In this document: positions 37,921 through 50,170 of the stretch, piece after piece | Numbering within the stretch: the first letter of the stretch is position 1 | Layout of the letters: each line of letters begins with the position of its first letter | Assembly (NCBI GenBank): GCA_030390025.1 | Contig: CM059431.1 | Span: 133,612,001 to 133,676,000 of the forward strand | DNA from: Squalus acanthias | Taxonomy: Eukaryota | DNA: 64,000 nt | Direction: 5' to 3' | Translations under genes and position numbers: made by a program | Notes under the pieces: model-generated | Told to the model about the DNA's origin: nothing | The model's input: the letters and a program-made list of their open reading frames with translations, nothing else | Database searches by the model: none

Positions 37921-38364
37921 AAAAATGAGAAGTCGCACAACACCAGGTTATAGTCCAACAGTTTTATTTGAAATCACAAGCTTTCGGAGCTTACGTGGCC
38001 CCTTCCTCAGGTGAAGTAAAGAAATACAGAATCGACAAAGCATATATAGATAGAGAACAATGCATGTGTAACTTACAATGGCAGACGACTACATTTAAAT
38101 CATCCTGACTGTTTATCTGCCGAGGTGTGACAAAAGGCAATCAGGTCAGCCAGGAAGGTACCACATCAAAGACATAGCAAGATACAACTGAGACAATGAG
38201 GTGGAGTCACAGGGGGTCCAATGTGTCAAAAGCCGCAGTCGGTATGGGAAACGATAAACTTTAAAATTTTTACTTTTTTACTGGGAATCACATCTGTGAA
38301 CAAGCCAACGACGACTCGAGTCTGGATCACGTCATGTATCGTGACATAAACCCAAGATCCCGGT
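37921..38364 (-). mobile_element. 5'-truncated Penelope-like element of a second family
   Basis: 13-bp TSD TGATCTGATAGAT (37908-37920, 38365-38377); begins with ORF end RDLGFMSRYM*; hammerhead near the 3' end; the paralogous Harbinger has the empty site at ~59185. Confidence 0.85.
37974..38014 (-). ncRNA. Minimal hammerhead ribozyme motif, core intact
   Basis: TCAC-CTGAGGA-A-GGGGC(CACGTAA)GCTCC-GAAA-GCTT-GTGA: stem I TCAC/GTGA, 5-bp stem II, palindromic AAGCTT. Confidence 0.8.
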
Positions 38365-38911
38365 TGATCTGATAGATGCCAGGGGTAAAGTGGAGATCAG
38401 TGGCACAATCCTCCAATGTAGTGAGAGTGGCTTCCGAGGTTGTAGAAATCAACTGCAAACTCCTGAAAGCAAAATCTCTACACAAATGGTGTCAGCAAGA
38501 GCCTTTCCCTTAGGCAAGGAAGCAGGTGTGAGGTGCGAGTATTTATGTGATTTTTTCAACTGTTAATTGTTCAACTCGCACAATGGCTGCTCAGCTGTCG
38601 CCTTGCTTTCACAGGTGAGGTTCAGGAAGCACCTGAATCCCGTTCACAACAAAAGCTGCAACATCAGATTCGAAAGTCTGTTAATAGTCTGTTAACGAGC
38701 TCTCAAATACTTTAATTAGGTTACCCGCCTCTCATGAGTGGGTCTCTGGCGTGCTGAGAAACGCACTGGAGTTAAAGGCAGGATGAAGGCAGCTTCCCGA
38801 CGCGCTGTCAATTTCAACGCATTTAACTACCCACCTGCTCACAAACCCACACTCTCTTCAAAGGGAAAATTCCGGCCCATGTCTTTGTCCAGGCAGAAGG
38901 GTAGGCCATTT

Positions 38912-41440
38912 ATATAGAGTCATAGAGTCATACGGCACAGAAGGAGGCCATTCAGCCCATCGAGTCCGTGCCAGCTCTCTGTAGAGCAATCCAGTCAGTC
39001 CCATTCCCCGCTCTATCCCCGTAGCCCTGCAAGTTTATTTCCCTCAAGTGCCTATCCAGACTCCCCTTGAAAACATTGAGTGTCTCCGCTTCCACCACTT
39101 CCGTCGGCAGCGAATTACAGGTCCTCACCACTCGCTGCGTAGAAAAGTTTTTCCTCACATCCCCCCTGTATCTCTTGCCCAAAACCTTAAACCTGTGTCC
39201 CCTAGTCCTTGTACCATCAACTAGTGGGAACAGCCTTTCCCCGTCTAGCCTATCCAAACCCGTCATAATCTTGTACACCTCTATCAAATCACCCCTCAAC
39301 CTCCTTTGCTCTAATGAAAACAAATCCAGCTTCTCCAACCTGTCCTTGTAGCTAAGATCCCCCATACCTGGAACCATTCTGGTAAATCTCCTCTGCACCT
39401 TCTCAAGGACCTTCACATCCTTCCTAAAGTGTGTTGACCAGAACTGGACGCAATACTCCAGTTGTGGCCGAACCAGCGCTTTCTAAAGGTTCAGCATAAC
39501 TTCTCTACTTTTGTACTCAATGGGCAGAATTTTCATTGACCCATGGAGGTGGGTTTGGAGGCGTGTGGGGGGTTAAAATTGTGAAAACTGGCGGGCGGGC
39601 ACAAGCCCGCCTCCATCCCGCCTCCACGCAATTTTCATTAAATCGTGTCTGCTGGTTCCGACTCCGTCCCGCCTCTAAGAGGCGGGATAGGCTGTTAAGG
39701 CCCTTAACAAGCACTGAATTGCCTCTATAATGCTATTTTGAAAGGCCTTTGTGATTTTAACCCTTTTTCTGCGTGAAGCACGCCTGTTCTGAACCACGAA
39801 TGTGAAACCTGGCGGGAGCACATTTCGACAGCTGACTATCAGCTGCAGGTCCACTATTACAACGGAGAGATGATGGAGATGACGAAGAGGACGAGGAGGA
39901 GGAAATAATATCTGGGAGTGGTGGTACAAAAATATCTGGGAGCAGACTTAGGGCTGCTGCTGCTCATTTTGCATCCAGGTCCTCTCACAGCAAAGGCCAG
40001 GCAGTTTTTGCAGACCTTCAACACAGCAGCAATGATGACATCATCAGAGGCGACTTTTAGACTGAAAACACTAATTGGGTCATGGGTTCCCACATGCTGG
40101 AACTCAATTGCCCAATTAGGTGTAAATCGCATCAATTTCCCACATCCAATTGCAGTCGGGTGGATAACACGAAAAGTGGATGACACGACCCCAACCCGCC
40201 CCAGTATCAAAATCCAGCCCAGTACCTCTATTTATGAAGCCCAAGATCCCATATGCTTTGCTAACCACTCTCTCAATATGTCCCGCCACCTTCAGGGACC
40301 TATGTACATTAACCCCCAGGTCCCTCTGTCCCTCCACACTCTTTAAAACTGTGCCATTAAGTGTATATTGCCTCTCCCTGTTCCTTCTGCCAAAATGCAT
40401 CACCTCACACTTCTCTATATTAAATTCCATCTGCCACTTGTCTGCCCATTCTGCTAGCCTTTCTATGTCCTGTTGCAGTCGATTGGTATCATCCTCACTG
40501 TTTGCCACACCGCCACGTTTGGTGTCGTCGGCAAATGTAGAAATTCTACTCAGTATTCCAATATTCAGGTCATTTATATATATTTAAAAAAGCAGTGGCC
40601 CCAGCACTGACCCTTGGGGAACACCACTGTCTACCATCCTCCAGTCTGAAAAACAGCCATTTACCACAACTTGCTGTTTTCTGTCCTTAAGCCAATTCCT
40701 TATCCAAGCTGCCACTGACCCACCTATTCCATGAGCCTCAATTTTGTTAACCAGCCTTCTATGTGGTACTTTGTCAAACGCCTTCCGCAAATCCATGTAG
40801 ACAACATCCATTGCATTCCCTTCATCAATCCTCTCTGTTACTTCACAAAAAATTCAATTAGATTAGTCAAACACGATCTGCCTTTTACAAATCCATGTTG
40901 GCTCTCCTGAATGAGCTTAAACCTCTCCAAGTGCCCATTAATTTTTTTCTTGATTATTGTTTCTAAAACTTTACCCACCACTGATGTTAAACTGACCGGC
41001 CTGTAGTTACTATTGTATACATGCATTCTAAACGCATTTTTGAATTTTTCGTAATCTTTCTTAGTCTGCTCCTATCTAATATGGTACTATTTCCGCCTCT
41101 AGTACTACTTTCTTCTCTAGTACTATCCAGCACATTCACTCTTTTATGCACCTTATTCCTTTTTTCTACTCCTATATGCTGGTGCCCATCCCCCTGCCAA
41201 GCTAGTTTAAACCCTCCCCAACAGCACTAGCAAACCTCCCTGCGAGAATATTGGTCCTGGCTCTGTTGAGGTGTAACCCGTCCGGCTTGTACAGGTCCCA
41301 TCTTCCCCAGAAACAGTCCCAATGCCTCAGGAATCTAAAGCCCTCCCTCCTGCACCATTTCTCCAGCCACGCATTCATCTGCTCTATCTTCCTATTCCTG
41401 TACTCACTAGCACGTGGCACCGGGAGTAATCCGGAGATTC
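38912..41440 (-). mobile_element. Deleted CR1 with ORF1 esterase remnant (41202-41420) and RT/3' part
   Basis: DGLHLN..GEGLN; NYRPVSLTS; GVPQGSVLGP; (TGACTCTA)n tail. Confidence 0.88.
39522..40220. mobile_element. Harbinger-type MITE
   Basis: TIR GGGCAGAATTTT / AAAATCCAGCCC; 3-bp flanks AAT/AGT; CR1 rejoins across it. Confidence 0.78.
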
Positions 41441-42702
41441 CTTGACCAATATGTTATTGGCCCAACTAGTAAGGAGGCATTGCTGGATCTGGTGCTGGGG
41501 TCATGCCTTCGATTTTAGTATAGGTTGCTATACAGGTATAGGCATATAAACTACCAGGAAACTACCAGGAAACTTCTATGCAGCTTTTCAAAGACAGTAA
41601 AAATTGTTTCCTATTTTAAAAATTTACATTCAAAGATTTGTAGATGCTTCCCTGTCAGGAACTCATCACTTCTGCCAGTATTAGCTGATCCTGTCAGTTG
41701 CTGCGTCTCCGACAATCATGTGTAACTTATCCCAAGTACAGCAGACATCTAAATCTCGGAAACTTGGAGCTGCAACACCACTGGCGTTCACTTTGATATA
41801 TATGTAAATTAGGATACATTGGGTGAATCACAGAATGGCTGCAGAAGCGCGAGAAAACTTGAGGAAGCCTTTTAAAGGTGCACAAGTTTGCTGGGAAAGT
41901 TTCATTTGCTGTTCCAGCACGTATACCAGAAATGATTGAGAATTGTCATATTCCCAAATAAGCTAAGATACTAAATTTATATTTTGTGAGAAAAATTTGC
42001 ATTACCTTGTTGTTTTATCTTAACTGATTTTTTAATTTCCTCTTTGCTTCACTTTTTTTCTCCAGTCTTTCTCATGGATAATGATACCATAATTATTCTC
42101 TATTATGTTTCTAATTTCTACACCTATCTCCAATTTTGCCTTTGCCTCCAATCTCCCACATGTCTGCCTCAAATGTTTGCCTTACATTCCTCAAATATTG
42201 CTGCCTCACATTTTACTTATAGGTCTGCTTTTACCCTCACGCTGGTCCCCAATTTGCCATCAGGCCAACTCCACTTCAGGTATATCTGTACCTCCTTTCC
42301 TTGCTCACTTAGTTGCTACTGTCGGTGGCCAGTAATAATGGGCAATGCTGCTTGCTCTTGCTCTAACTCTCTGGCAGGAGAAAGCAAGGGGCCACTAATA
42401 GGAGGCAGAGCTATCACTGCATTATGAACATACAAACATGTGAAAAAAGGGCAAAAAAAGACCATTACGGCCATCAATGGCCATCCCATCTATTTGATAA
42501 TACAACCCAATAATTGTCTCTTAGTGAAAGTAGTTAGTAGATCTGAACTCTTGATATTTACCTATATTTCTCCCCTCTTCAGTTTGTTCTTTTGGATATG
42601 TCTTACTTATTCCTGCCAGTCCTCTAATCGTGGCTTCTTCCACCTAACTCTGCCAGTTCTGATGAAGGATATTAGTTGATCCCTTTTCAGATATTAACTG
42701 TC

Positions 42703-45700
42703 CTGCTGCAAATTTAGGGTTTTTGTCTGGTGAATGGGTGAAAACAGGCGCTAAATGGATGCTGTGCTAAAAAGAACGGCAGCATAGTGGTTATGTTACT
42801 GGACTAATAATCCAGAGGCCTGGACTAATAATCCAGAGACATGATTTCAAATCCCACCACGGCAGCTGTGGAATTTAAATTCAGTTAATTAAATAAATCT
42901 GGAATAAAAAGCTAGTATTAGTAATGGTGACAATGAAACTATTGGATTGTCGTAAAAATCCATCTGGTTCACTACTGTCTTTTAAGGTTTACTACCGTCC
43001 ATACCTGGTCTGGCCTGTATGTGACTCCAGATCCACAGCAATGTGGTTGACTCTTAACTGCCCTCTGAAAAATAGCCTAGCAAGCCACTCAGAACCGCTA
43101 CGAAAAACAATAATAAGAATAAAACCGGACGGACCACCCGGCATCGACCTTCAGACACAACAACGGCACACTCAGCCCAGTCGACCCTGCAAAGCCCTCC
43201 TCACTAACATCTGGGGACTTGTGCCAAAATTGGGAGAGCTGTCCCACAGACTAGTCAAGCAACAGCCTGACATAGTCATACTCACAGAATCATACATTTC
43301 AGCCAATGTCCCAGACTCCGCCATCACCCACCGGCAGGACAGACCCACCAGGGGTGGCGGCACAGTGGTATACAGCCAGGAGGGAGTGGCCCTGGGAGTC
43401 CTCAACATTGACTCCGGACCCCATGAAGTCTCGTGGCTTCAGGCCAAGCATGGTCAAGGAAACCGCCTGCTGATTACCACCTACCGCCCTCCCTCAGCTG
43501 ATGAATCAGTACTCCTCCATATTGAACATCACTTGGAAGAAGCACTGAGGATGGGGGACTTCAATGTCCATCACCAAGAGTGGCTTCGTAGCACCACTAC
43601 TGACTGAGCTGGCCGAGTCCTGAAAGACATAGCTGCCAGACTAGGACTGCAGCAGCTGGTGAGAGAACCAACACGAGGGAAAAACCTACTTGACCTCATC
43701 CTCACAAATCTACCTGTTGCAGATGCATCTGTCCATGACATCATTGGTAGCAGTGACCACCGCACAGTCCTTGTGGAGACAAAATCTCATCTTCACACTG
43801 AGTGTTGTGTGGCACGACCACCGTGCTAGATGGGATAGATTCAGAACAGATCTAGCAGTTCAAAACTGGGCATCCATGAGGCGCTGTGGACCATCATCAG
43901 CAGCAGAATTGTATTCCACTACAATCTGCAGCCTCATGGCCCAGCATATCCCTCACTCTACTATTACCATCAAGCCAGGGGATCAACCCTATTCAATGAG
44001 GAGTGCAGAAGAACATGCCAGGAGCAGCACCAGGTGTACCTAAAAATGAGGTGCCAACCTGGGGAAGCTGCAACACAGGACTACATGCATGTTAAAAAGC
44101 GGAAGCAGCATGCTATAGAGAGAGCTAAGTGATCCCACAATCAACGGATCAGATCAAAGCTCTGCAGTCTTGCCACATCCAGTCGTGAATGGTGGTGGAC
44201 CATTAAACAACTAACGGGAGGAGGAGGTTCAATGAATATCCCCATCCTCAATGAGGACGCAAGTGCAAAAGACAAGGCTGAAACATTTACAACCTTCTTC
44301 AGCGAGAAGTGCCAAGTGGATGATCCATATCAGTCTCCTTCTGAGGTCCCCACCATCACAGAAGCCAGTCTTCAGCCAATTTGATTCACGCCACCTGATA
44401 TCAAGAAACGGCTGAAAGCACTGGATACAGCAAAGGTTATGGGCCCTGACAACATCCCGGTAGTCAGGCTGAAGACTTGTGCTCCAGAACTAGCCAAGCT
44501 GTTCCAGTACAGCTACAACACTGGCATCTATCTGACAATGTGGAAAACTGCCCAGGTATGTCCTGTCCACAAAAAGCAGGACAAATCCAATTCAACCAAT
44601 TACCGCCCCATCAGTCTACTCTCAATCATCAGCAAATTGATGGAGGGTGTCGTCGACAGTGCTATCAAGCGGCATTTACTCACCAATAACCTGCTCACCG
44701 ATGCTCAGTGTGGATTTCGCCAGAACTACTCGGCTCCAGACCATAATACAGCTTTGGTCCAAACATGGAAAAAAGAGAATTCTAGAGGTGAGGTAAGAGT
44801 GACTGCTTTTGACATCAAGGCAGCATTTGACCAAGTGTGGCCTCAAGGATCCCTAGTAAAATTGAAGTCAATGGGAATCAGGGGGAAAACTCTCCACTGG
44901 CTGGAGTTATACCTTACACAAAGGAAGATGGTTGTAGTTGCTGGAGGTCAATCATCACTAACCCCAGGACATCACTGCAGGAGTTCCTCAGGGCAGTGTT
45001 CTAGGCCAAACCATCTTCAGCTGCTTCATCAATGACCTTCCCTCCATCATAAGGTCAGAAGTGGGGATGTTCGCTGATGAGTGCAGTGTTCAGTTCCATT
45101 CACAACTCCTCAGATAATGAAGTAGTCCATGCCCGAATGCAGCAAGATCTGGATGACATTGATAAGTGGAAATAAACATTCGCGCCACACAAGTGCCAGG
45201 CAATGACTATCTCCAACAAGTGAAATTCTAACCACCGCCCCTTGACATTCAATGGCATTACCATTGCCGAATCCCCCACCATCAACACCCTGGGGGCCAC
45301 CATTGACCAGAAACTTTATTGGACCAGTCACATAAATACTGTGGCTACAAGAGCAGGTCAGAGGCTAGTTATTCTGCGGCGAGTGTCTCACCTCCTGACT
45401 CCCCAAAGCCTTTCCACCATCTACAAGGCACAAGTCAGGAGTGTGACAAAATACTCTCCACTTGCCTGGATCAGTGCAGGTCCAACAACACTCAAGAAGC
45501 TCGACACCATCCAGGACAAAGCAGCCCGCTTGATTGGCACCCCATCCACCACCTTAAACATTCACTCCCTCCACCACCGGCGCACCGTGGCTGCAGTTTG
45601 TACCATCTACAAGATGCACTGCAACAACTCGCCAAGGCTTCTTCAGCAGCACCTCCCACACCCGCGACCTCTTCCACCTTGAAGGACAAGGGCAGCAGGC

Positions 45701-48492
45701 GCATGGGAACACCACCACCTCCAAGTTCCCCTCCAAGGCACACACCATCCTGACTTGGAAGTATATCGCCGTTCCTTCATCGTCGCTGGGTCAAAATCCT
45801 GGAACTCCCCACAGTGCTGTTAGGGAGGAGTACCTTCACCACAAGGACTGCAGCGGGTTCAAGAAGGTGGCTCACCACCACCTTCTCAAGGGCAATTAGG
45901 GATGGGCAATAAATACTGGCCTTGCCACTGACGCCCAAATCCTAGGAATGAAAAATAAAGAAATGCCTGTTTTTCAGTGTGGATGCAGCACATAATTTTT
46001 GGGCTAATTGATGATCATGATTTAAACGTGCCTGCAGGCGCTGAAACCGACACCTGCACATTTAGCACTCAAGCGCTGATTAGATGCAATTTTCCTGGAA
46101 CCGTATATTTAGCCTGCCCTCACCCACTTCCACTGAAGGTATGGAGTGCGCTGGCTGGGAGAGAAGCCAACGTGGAAGGATGTAGTGAGAGGGCGCCCAG
46201 GTTCTCTGACACGGCACTGGAGGTCCTGCTGGAGGAGGTCCAGAGGAGGAGAGATGTCCTCTACCCACAGCGGGGAAGGAGGCCACAGAGGCAGCTAATG
46301 CGGTGCATGTGATAGGAGATCGCCCAGGAGGTGACAGCCAGGAGCCCTGGCCTCAGGACATGGCTCCAGTGCCGCAAGAAATGTAATGACTTGACACAAG
46401 TGGTCAAGGTAAGATCCCATCTCACAAACACACTTCTCAATAACCGCACCACCACCTCCAGCATCACAACCTCAACATACTTCATCCACCATCTAACTAT
46501 ACACTGACATTCATACACCCCACACTATTGCATCCTTCACCGGCACCACTCACACAGACACATCTTACAGCTCTTCAACCATGTGAGGTATCACACAGAT
46601 GCAAACACACCTATCAATACACTCATTCACTATCACCACTCTTTCTCTTCCAGGACAAGATAGCACATAACAGGTGCCAGCAGGACCTGACCAGGGGAGG
46701 GGAAGCACGTCTGCAAGACATCACCCCTCTTAAGGAGGCAGTGCTGGCCTTGATTGGAGTGGGGGTGGGGGAGTGGCAGACACTGTGGCTAGAGGCAGAG
46801 CAGGGGGCTAGAGGTTTGTGGCCACTCCGTGTTACTTAGAGATGCACAACTATTCCTGATCCCTAATTCCCCAAACCTATCCTCACTCCCAAGCTCCATA
46901 TGGTCTCATCACACACATCCTCAGCCATATGCGCTGCACCCTAACCCTTCTAGCTTTATCATTGCAGCCTCCCAGAAGCAAAATCCATCTCGCATCCCCC
47001 CTGGAGCAAGTGCAAGACGAGCAAGAGCCATCTCACGCACCCGCCTCCACCTTGGTCCGTGGCTTGACACAGAGCCTGGAACCCATCCTCTCCAGCATGG
47101 AGAGGCTGGCCAATTCCAGCCAGCAACCTGTGGAGCCCAACATTATGCAACGTCTGATGACTAAGGTCGCAGCTTCCAATCCAGTCATTGCAGCTTGCAT
47201 AGAACGACATAGTGCTGCAATGGAAGCCCAATCAGCTTCCGTTGCACTACTTGTGTCTCTATGGAATGGCAAAGTGCTGCAATGGAAGCTCAGGCAGCTG
47301 CCATGGTGGTTCTGAGCTCTTTGGTTGAAAGGGGCTTGCAGAGTGTCTCCAATGGCCAGAGATCTGTCCTCCACCAGATTACTGGGCGGGCTGAACAGAG
47401 GCCCCGAGGTAGTGGTGTGGGAATTTTGGAGCAGGAACCTACTGGCCTCTCTCCGGATACCAGCATTGCTGCTCCCTCCCCCGCCCTTGCCGTTACCTGT
47501 CAGCCAGGTGGCCCAGACTGCTCAAGCCCATGCTGAAGTGGTGCAGTCTGAGGCGGGGCCATCACGGCCCACAGCCTCTCGAGGCCATCGCAGGAGGACA
47601 TCTGAACTGCCCTTTTGAGAATCTCAGCAGCCATCCATCTCACCTGCTGCTGCCACTAGGGTTGCACTTCACAGAAGCACCAGATTAGGCACTTATAGAT
47701 AGCCACTAAGGGTAAGCATCAGGGTGAATAGTTTAATATTGGTTAGTTGTGTGATGTTTCCATTGTTTGATTGTGCTGCAAATAAAGTTTGATGATGGTA
47801 ATTGGGTATTGGTGGAATTGGTGGTCTTTTTTATCGTGGTCCTCATGGGGAAGGAGTTGAAAGGATTGAGTGCAGATGATAAACTGCCTGATGGATCCTA
47901 AGTCATGGAAGGTACATCATGTGGCAACAGTGCACCGGAGTCTGATGGTGGAGCACATTTCTCTAAAGCGCTCTTCAATTAGATGGCGGAAAGCATCCAT
48001 CCCAGTTGTGGGCCGTCTACCTGGAAGCCTCTGGTGCTCCCCCTGGTTCCCCTCCTCTGCCTCCCCTCTTCTGTCTCCTCCTCCTCTTCCTCCTTCTCCT
48101 CTTCCTCCTTCTCCTCTTGACCCTCTGGCACAGTTGCTGGTGGTAACGGATCATGACCGTCAGATTGTGGAGCATGCATCAAATCACCCCGAATGTGGAC
48201 ACCCTCTCAGCCGAGTACTGCAGGACACCTCCCGAACAGTCAAGACATCTAAACTGCTGCTTCAGGACCGCAATGGTCTTCTCAACGATATTCCTGGTGG
48301 CTGAGTGACTCTCATATTATGAGTGCTCAGCTGGTGTCTGGGGGTTTCTCAGAGGAGTCATGGGCCATGGCATCAGAGGATATCCCTTGTCACCTAGTAG
48401 CCAACCATGCATATTGTGTTCGGGCTCAAAGATCTGTGGGACGGATGACTGTCTCATTATAAACGCATCATGGCAGCTTCCTGGGTAGCATC
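42703..48492 (+). mobile_element. PIF/Harbinger transposon D: 3-exon Myb gene on + (~46171-46408, 46654-46813, 46968-~47730), transposase 3' part on - (~47980-48490)
   Basis: [39 protein letters not shown]; left end interrupted by the LINE at 42777; right part cut by CR1; left boundary tentative. Confidence 0.78.
42777..45956 (+). mobile_element. Apparently full-length single-ORF CR1-group LINE with a tRNA-derived 5' head (ORF decayed)
   Basis: A-box-like AGCATAGTGG, anticodon-arm-like hairpins, B-box-like ATTTCAAATCCC; APE (NIWGL, DIVILTES, YRPP, MGDFN, SDH); RT (FDIKAAFD, GVPQGSVLG, FADE); 3' tail; AAAGAA at both ends. Confidence 0.85.
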
Positions 48493-49975
48493 CCTTCGAG
48501 CCTGCGCCGCCATTCAATAAGATCATGGCTGATCTTCGACCTCAACTCCACTTTATGCCTTATTCCCATATCCCTTGATTTCCTTACTGTCCAAAAATCT
48601 AGCAATCTCCATCTTGAATATACTCAACGACTGAGCCTCCATAGCCCCCTGGGGTAGAGAATTCCAAAGATTCACAACCCTCTGAGTGAAGAAATTTCTC
48701 CTCCTCTCAGTCCTGAGACTATGACCCCTAGTTCTAGACCCTCCAGCCATGGGAAATAGCCTCTCAGCATCTACCCTGTCAAGCCCTCCAAGAATTTTAT
48801 ACGTTTCAATGAGATCACTTCTCATTCTTCTAAACTCCAGAGAATACTGGCCCATTCTACTCAGTCTCTCCTCATAGGACAAAATTCTCATCCCAGGAAT
48901 AAATCTTTGTTGCACCCCCTCGAAGGCAAGTATATTATTCCTTAGGTAAGGAGACCAAAACTATACATAGTACTCGAGAAGGGGTCTCACCAAAGCCCTA
49001 TATAATTGGAGCAAGACTTCCTTACTCTTACACTTCAACCCCCTTGCAATAAAGGCTAACATACCATTTGCCTTCCTAATTGTTTGCTGTATCTGCATGT
49101 TAACTTTCTGTGATTTGTGCACAAGGACACCAAATCCCTCTGCATACCAACATTTACTAGTCTCTCATCTTTTAAAAAATATTCTGATTTTCTATTCTTC
49201 CTACCAAAGTGGATAATTTCACATTTCCCCACATTATACTCCATCTGCCAACTTAATGCCCACTCACTTAACCTGTCTATATCCCTTTGCATCCCCCTGA
49301 CAGCTTACTTTCCCACCTAGTTTTGTATTGTCAGCAAACTTGGATATATTACACTCGGTCCCCTCATCTAAGTCATTGATATAGATTGTAAATAGCTGAG
49401 GCTCAAGCACTGATCCTTGTGGCATCCCACTACTTACATCCCGCCAACCCAAAAATGACCAGTTTATTCTCTATTCTCTGTTTTCTGTCCATTAACCAAT
49501 CCTCAATCCAAGCTAATATATTTCCCCAAATCCCAAGAGCCCTAATCTTGTGTAACAACCTCTTATGTGGAACCTTATTGAATGCCTTTTGAAAATCCAA
49601 ATATACTACACATTTTCCCTCCTACTGATGTCATGCTCACTGACCTATAGTTTCCCGTTTTCTTTTTTCCTCTTTTCTTGAACAGCGGGATTACATTTTC
49701 TACCTTCCAATCCACGGGGACCGTTTTGCATCTAGGGAATTCTGGAAGATCAAAACCAATGCATCCACTATCTCTGCAGCCACCTCTTTTAAAACCATTG
49801 GATGTCGGCCATCAGATCCAGGGGATTTGTCGGCTTTTAGTCCCATTAATATCTCCAGTACTTTTTCTTAACTAATATTAATTACTTTAAATTCCTCACT
49901 CTCATTAGACCCTTGGTTCCCTACTATTTTCGGTATTTTTTTGTGTCTTGTACTGTGAAGACAAATACAAAATAT
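48493..49975 (-). mobile_element. CR1 fragment
   Basis: GMPQGSVLEPQLF, KFADN, RRMRSDLIETYK. Confidence 0.88.
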
Positions 49976-50170
49976 CTCCTTGGCTAGATGATCTGCCTTG
50001 CCGTTCTCACTGGCCCAAGGGGTGATTTTAGAATGGGCTTGAACTTTTACCATCCCTAAGGGCTGTTGCCTCCTCTCCGCCTCTGCCAGAATCTACTGGA
50101 TCAACTCTGCTGATGGCAACGTTTTGCCATCCTTAGAGGTAAATCCCCTTTTATTCCAAATTACTTCTTG
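49976..50170 (-). pseudogene. Retrovirus-type RNase H C-terminal fragment
   Basis: VIWNKRGFTSKDGKTLPSAELIQ*ILAEAERRQQPLGMVKVQAHSKITPWASENGKADHLAKE fits the W..RGF...GK / VK.AH / N..AD..AK pattern. Confidence 0.7.

Larger units (their letters stand above)
35005..38878 (-). mobile_element. PIF/Harbinger transposon A (one end missing): transposase on -, tail of Myb gene on +
   Basis: ORF 37084..37689 has [24 protein letters not shown]; terminal GGGAAAATTCCGGCCC; same family as 58665-62882; three nested insertions. Confidence 0.88.

Noticed and set aside
37720..37938. Poly-Q protein gene
   Set aside because: It is the Gln-rich N-terminus of the Harbinger transposase, also present at 59250-59315.
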